Shown here one piece after another: positions 61,662 through 64,000 of a DNA stretch of 64,000 nt. The notes under the pieces are model-generated. The model ran no database searches. It had not been told where the DNA came from and saw only the letters and a list, made by a program, of their open reading frames with translations. Numbering within the stretch: the first letter of the stretch is position 1; every line of letters starts with the position of its first letter. The DNA is taken from positions 160,001-224,000 of the forward strand of contig CAWJRG010000009.1 of assembly GCA_963845185.1 (NCBI GenBank), in the 5' to 3' direction. Origin of the DNA: an uncultured bacterium. GTDB taxonomy: Bacteria; Oederibacteriota; PGYV01; CAWJRG01. The position numbers were made by a program, and so were the translations under genes.

Positions 61662-62882
61662 ATGAAGGTAATAGTCATAAACTGCGGAAGCTCATCCCTT
61701 AAATTCAAGCTGTTCGATATGGAAAAAAACAACGTGCTTTTGGCAGAGGGACTTGTGGAGGAAATAGGCAAGGAAAAATCAAAGTTTAACTATAAAAATA
61801 ACAAGATGAAAAAAGACGAAAAATTTGTCAAAGATGTGGAGGCAAAAGATCACACCCAGGCTGTTGATGTAGTCGCGAAAACGCTCATTGACCCGAAGGT
61901 TGGGATTTTTGAAGGTAAAATACAGGTTGACGCTGTCGGACACAGGGTGGTACACGGAGCGGAAAAATTTTCTAAATCAGCATTAATTACAAAAGGCGTG
62001 AAAGAAGTAATACAGGAGTGCTTTGAAATAGCGCCTTTGCATAATCCCCCAAACTACGCAGGAATAGAGGCGTGCGAGGCAATATTTCCGGGAATACCGC
62101 AGGTGGCGGTATTTGATACCGCTTTTCACCAGACAATGACCAAACAGGCGTATATTTACGGCCTTCCATATGAGCTTTATGAACGCTATCATATAAGGAA
62201 ATACGGTTTTCACGGCACATCGCATGAGTATGTTTCTAAAAGGGCCGCGGAAATACTTAAAAAAGACATAAAAAAGCTTAAAATAGTAACCTGCCATCTC
62301 GGCAACGGCTCAAGTATGGCAGCGGTAAAGGGTGGCCAGTCATTTGACACTACAATGGGATTTACGCCGCTTGAGGGACTTCTCATGGGCACAAGGACAG
62401 GCGACATGGACCCGGCAGTTGTCACGTTTCTGATGAGGAAAGAACATTTAAGCATGGACGACATGGATAACCTAATGAACAAAAAAAGCGGATTTAAAGG
62501 TATTTCGGGAGTGTCTAACGATTTGCGCGAGATAATGGAGGCAGCCGGGCACAACAATTCAAGGGCACAGTTTACGATAGATATTTTTTGCTATCGTATA
62601 ACAAAATACATAGGCGCGTACGCTGCGGCAATGGGCGGGCTTGACGCAGTAGTATTCACGGGCGGCATAGGCGAAAATGCGGTTGAAGTCAGGGCAAAAG
62701 TCTTGCAGCCGCTTAAATTTTTAGGCATTGTTGTTGACGAGAAAAAGAATTGTTCAAAGGAAAAGGAAAAAATAATTTCAAAAGGAAGGGTCAAGGTACT
62801 TGTCGTGCCGACAAATGAAGAACTTGCCATAGCGCAAAAGACGAAATTTGTCGTAGAGGAATCGGGAAACACATACAGGTAA
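61662..62882 (+). CDS. ackA: Acetate kinase
   Basis: VINCGSSSLK, GHRVVHG, APLHNP, GFHGTSH, HLGNG, FTGGIGEN, PTNEE. Confidence 0.98.
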   Translation: MKVIVINCGSSSLKFKLFDMEKNNVLLAEGLVEEIGKEKSKFNYKNNKMKKDEKFVKDVEAKDHTQAVDVVAKTLIDPKVGIFEGKIQVDAVGHRVVHGAEKFSKSALITKGVKEVIQECFEIAPLHNPPNYAGIEACEAIFPGIPQVAVFDTAFHQTMTKQAYIYGLPYELYERYHIRKYGFHGTSHEYVSKRAAEILKKDIKKLKIVTCHLGNGSSMAAVKGGQSFDTTMGFTPLEGLLMGTRTGDMDPAVVTFLMRKEHLSMDDMDNLMNKKSGFKGISGVSNDLREIMEAAGHNNSRAQFTIDIFCYRITKYIGAYAAAMGGLDAVVFTGGIGENAVEVRAKVLQPLKFLGIVVDEKKNCSKEKEKIISKGRVKVLVVPTNEELAIAQKTKFVVEESGNTYR

Positions 62883-62907
62883 CGGGTTATCCGGGAAGGG
62901 CACAGAA

Positions 62908-63135
62908 ATGAAAAAAAAGATGAGAAAAACACGTACCATATTGTTCAGGCTTAACGACGAACAGGTTAAATGGGTAAAAGAATATGCAAAAGCAGAGGGT
63001 AAAACAGTTTCCGCGTTCCTGCGGTGGCTTGTGCTAAACCATAAGAAAGATGTTATTTCCGATACTGAAAAACTCATTATAGAAAAACATAAAAAGCTGA
63101 TTGAGAAATATAAAGATCTCGAAGAAAACGGTTAA
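62908..63135 (+). CDS. Small ribbon-helix-helix DNA-binding protein
   Basis: KTRTILFRLNDEQ...EYAKAEGKTVSAFLR, CopG/MobC-like pattern. Confidence 0.6.
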   Translation: MKKKMRKTRTILFRLNDEQVKWVKEYAKAEGKTVSAFLRWLVLNHKKDVISDTEKLIIEKHKKLIEKYKDLEENG

Positions 63136-63222
63136 CGGCAGGCACAATTAACTACATGTTGAAGTTTTTGGGTAATTAATTTATAAGGATAAAATCGTTT
63201 AGTTCTGCAACACAAAAACACC

Positions 63223-63251
63223 TTGACAAGCTATAAAACATATTGTAATAT
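63223..63251 (+). promoter_or_regulatory. sigma70 promoter of the infC operon
   Basis: TTGACA-17 bp-TAATAT. Confidence 0.7.
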
Positions 63252-63269
63252 TTTGCCTGTTTAAAAAAA

Positions 63270-63375
63270 CAAGGAAGAAGGAGCCATGGCTTCTCACCTG
63301 AGGAGAAAAAACTGCTCGGGTTAATATGAAGTTAAAATTTGGAGGAGATGGCTTAATGCCATCTTTTTGTTTTAT
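63270..63375 (+). promoter_or_regulatory. L20-leader-like attenuator upstream of infC
   Basis: AGAAG..GCTTCTCACCTGA resembles the Firmicutes infC-rpmI-rplT leader; terminator AGATGGC-TTAAT-GCCATCT followed by a T-tract. Confidence 0.55.
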
Positions 63376-63470
63376 ATAGCCGCTGTTTAAGCGGCATGGC
63401 CGGATGTAATGCCGGCCTGAAAATCATGAGGGTTGGACAACCAGCCCCGGCGCTTTTAGGAGGTGCCAAC

Positions 63471-63986
63471 ATTTCATTCGAAGAGTTGAGAGTAAACCGG
63501 GCAATACGAGCTGATAAGGTCAGGCTGATTGACGCAGGAGGCGTATCGCTTGGAATTCTGTCCGTGCCCGAGGCTGTGAAATTAGCCGAGGAAAAGGGTT
63601 TTGACCTGGTGGAAATAAGCCCAAATGCAATTCCGCCTGTATGCAAGCTTCTTGACTACGGTAAATACAGATACGCTCAGATGAAAAAGGATAAATCCGC
63701 TAAGAAGAAACAGCATGTTGTAGTTGTAAAGGAACTTATGATAAGGCCTGTCATAGACAAGCACGACCTGGGGATAAAAATGAACCATGCACTGGAGTTT
63801 CTTGACAAGGGATTTAAAATAAAGTTTACCATCAAATTCAGGGGCAGGGAACTCGAGTACAAACAAAAGGGTTACGACCTATTTGGGGAAATAGTAAAGA
63901 CGCTTGCGGAAAAAGGAGAGCTTGAAACCGGGCCAGTAAGCGAGGACCGGTCAATACTTTTTACGGTTAATCCGAGAAAAAAATAA
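63471..63986 (+). CDS. infC: Translation initiation factor IF-3 (ATT start)
   Basis: AGGAGGTG RBS 5 nt before an in-frame ATT; VRLID, DLVEISP..PPVCKLLDYGKY, FRGRE. Confidence 0.95.
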   Translation: MSFEELRVNRAIRADKVRLIDAGGVSLGILSVPEAVKLAEEKGFDLVEISPNAIPPVCKLLDYGKYRYAQMKKDKSAKKKQHVVVVKELMIRPVIDKHDLGIKMNHALEFLDKGFKIKFTIKFRGRELEYKQKGYDLFGEIVKTLAEKGELETGPVSEDRSILFTVNPRKK

Positions 63987-64000
63987 TTCGAGGAGTTTAA

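Overview
64 kb of a low-GC diderm bacterium (LPS heptose genes, TonB-dependent receptor, pta/ackA). All genes but one small one are on the + strand. The protein style (Thr-rich secreted enzymes with T9SS-like tails) resembles candidate-phylum cellulose degraders such as Ca. Goldbacteria; this is inference, not a search result. Content in order: (1) two giant secreted enzymes (a 5'-truncated GH8 and an unassigned GH-like protein) on long (Thr-X)n stalks; (2) a ~21 kb co-oriented cluster encoding a type IX secretion (T9SS)-like apparatus: a PorV-like/FlgD-Ig/OmpA fusion, TPR and TPR-TolB proteins, an FN3-extended SprA-like translocon and an FN3 cargo, interleaved with LacI, O-antigen ligase, GT9 and MCP genes; (3) mutL-miaA; (4) a cobalamin-riboswitch-controlled B12 salvage operon; (5) mreBCD-mrdA-rodA-rng; (6) a secreted papain-like protease with 18 NHL repeats plus an upstream partner gene; (7) hldD, pta, ackA and infC (ATT start). 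Best candidate for an undescribed system: the rearranged T9SS-like machine with four tail-bearing cargo proteins, two of whose transcription units share an ECF-type promoter. Five or six single-base homopolymer frameshifts are most likely sequencing errors.
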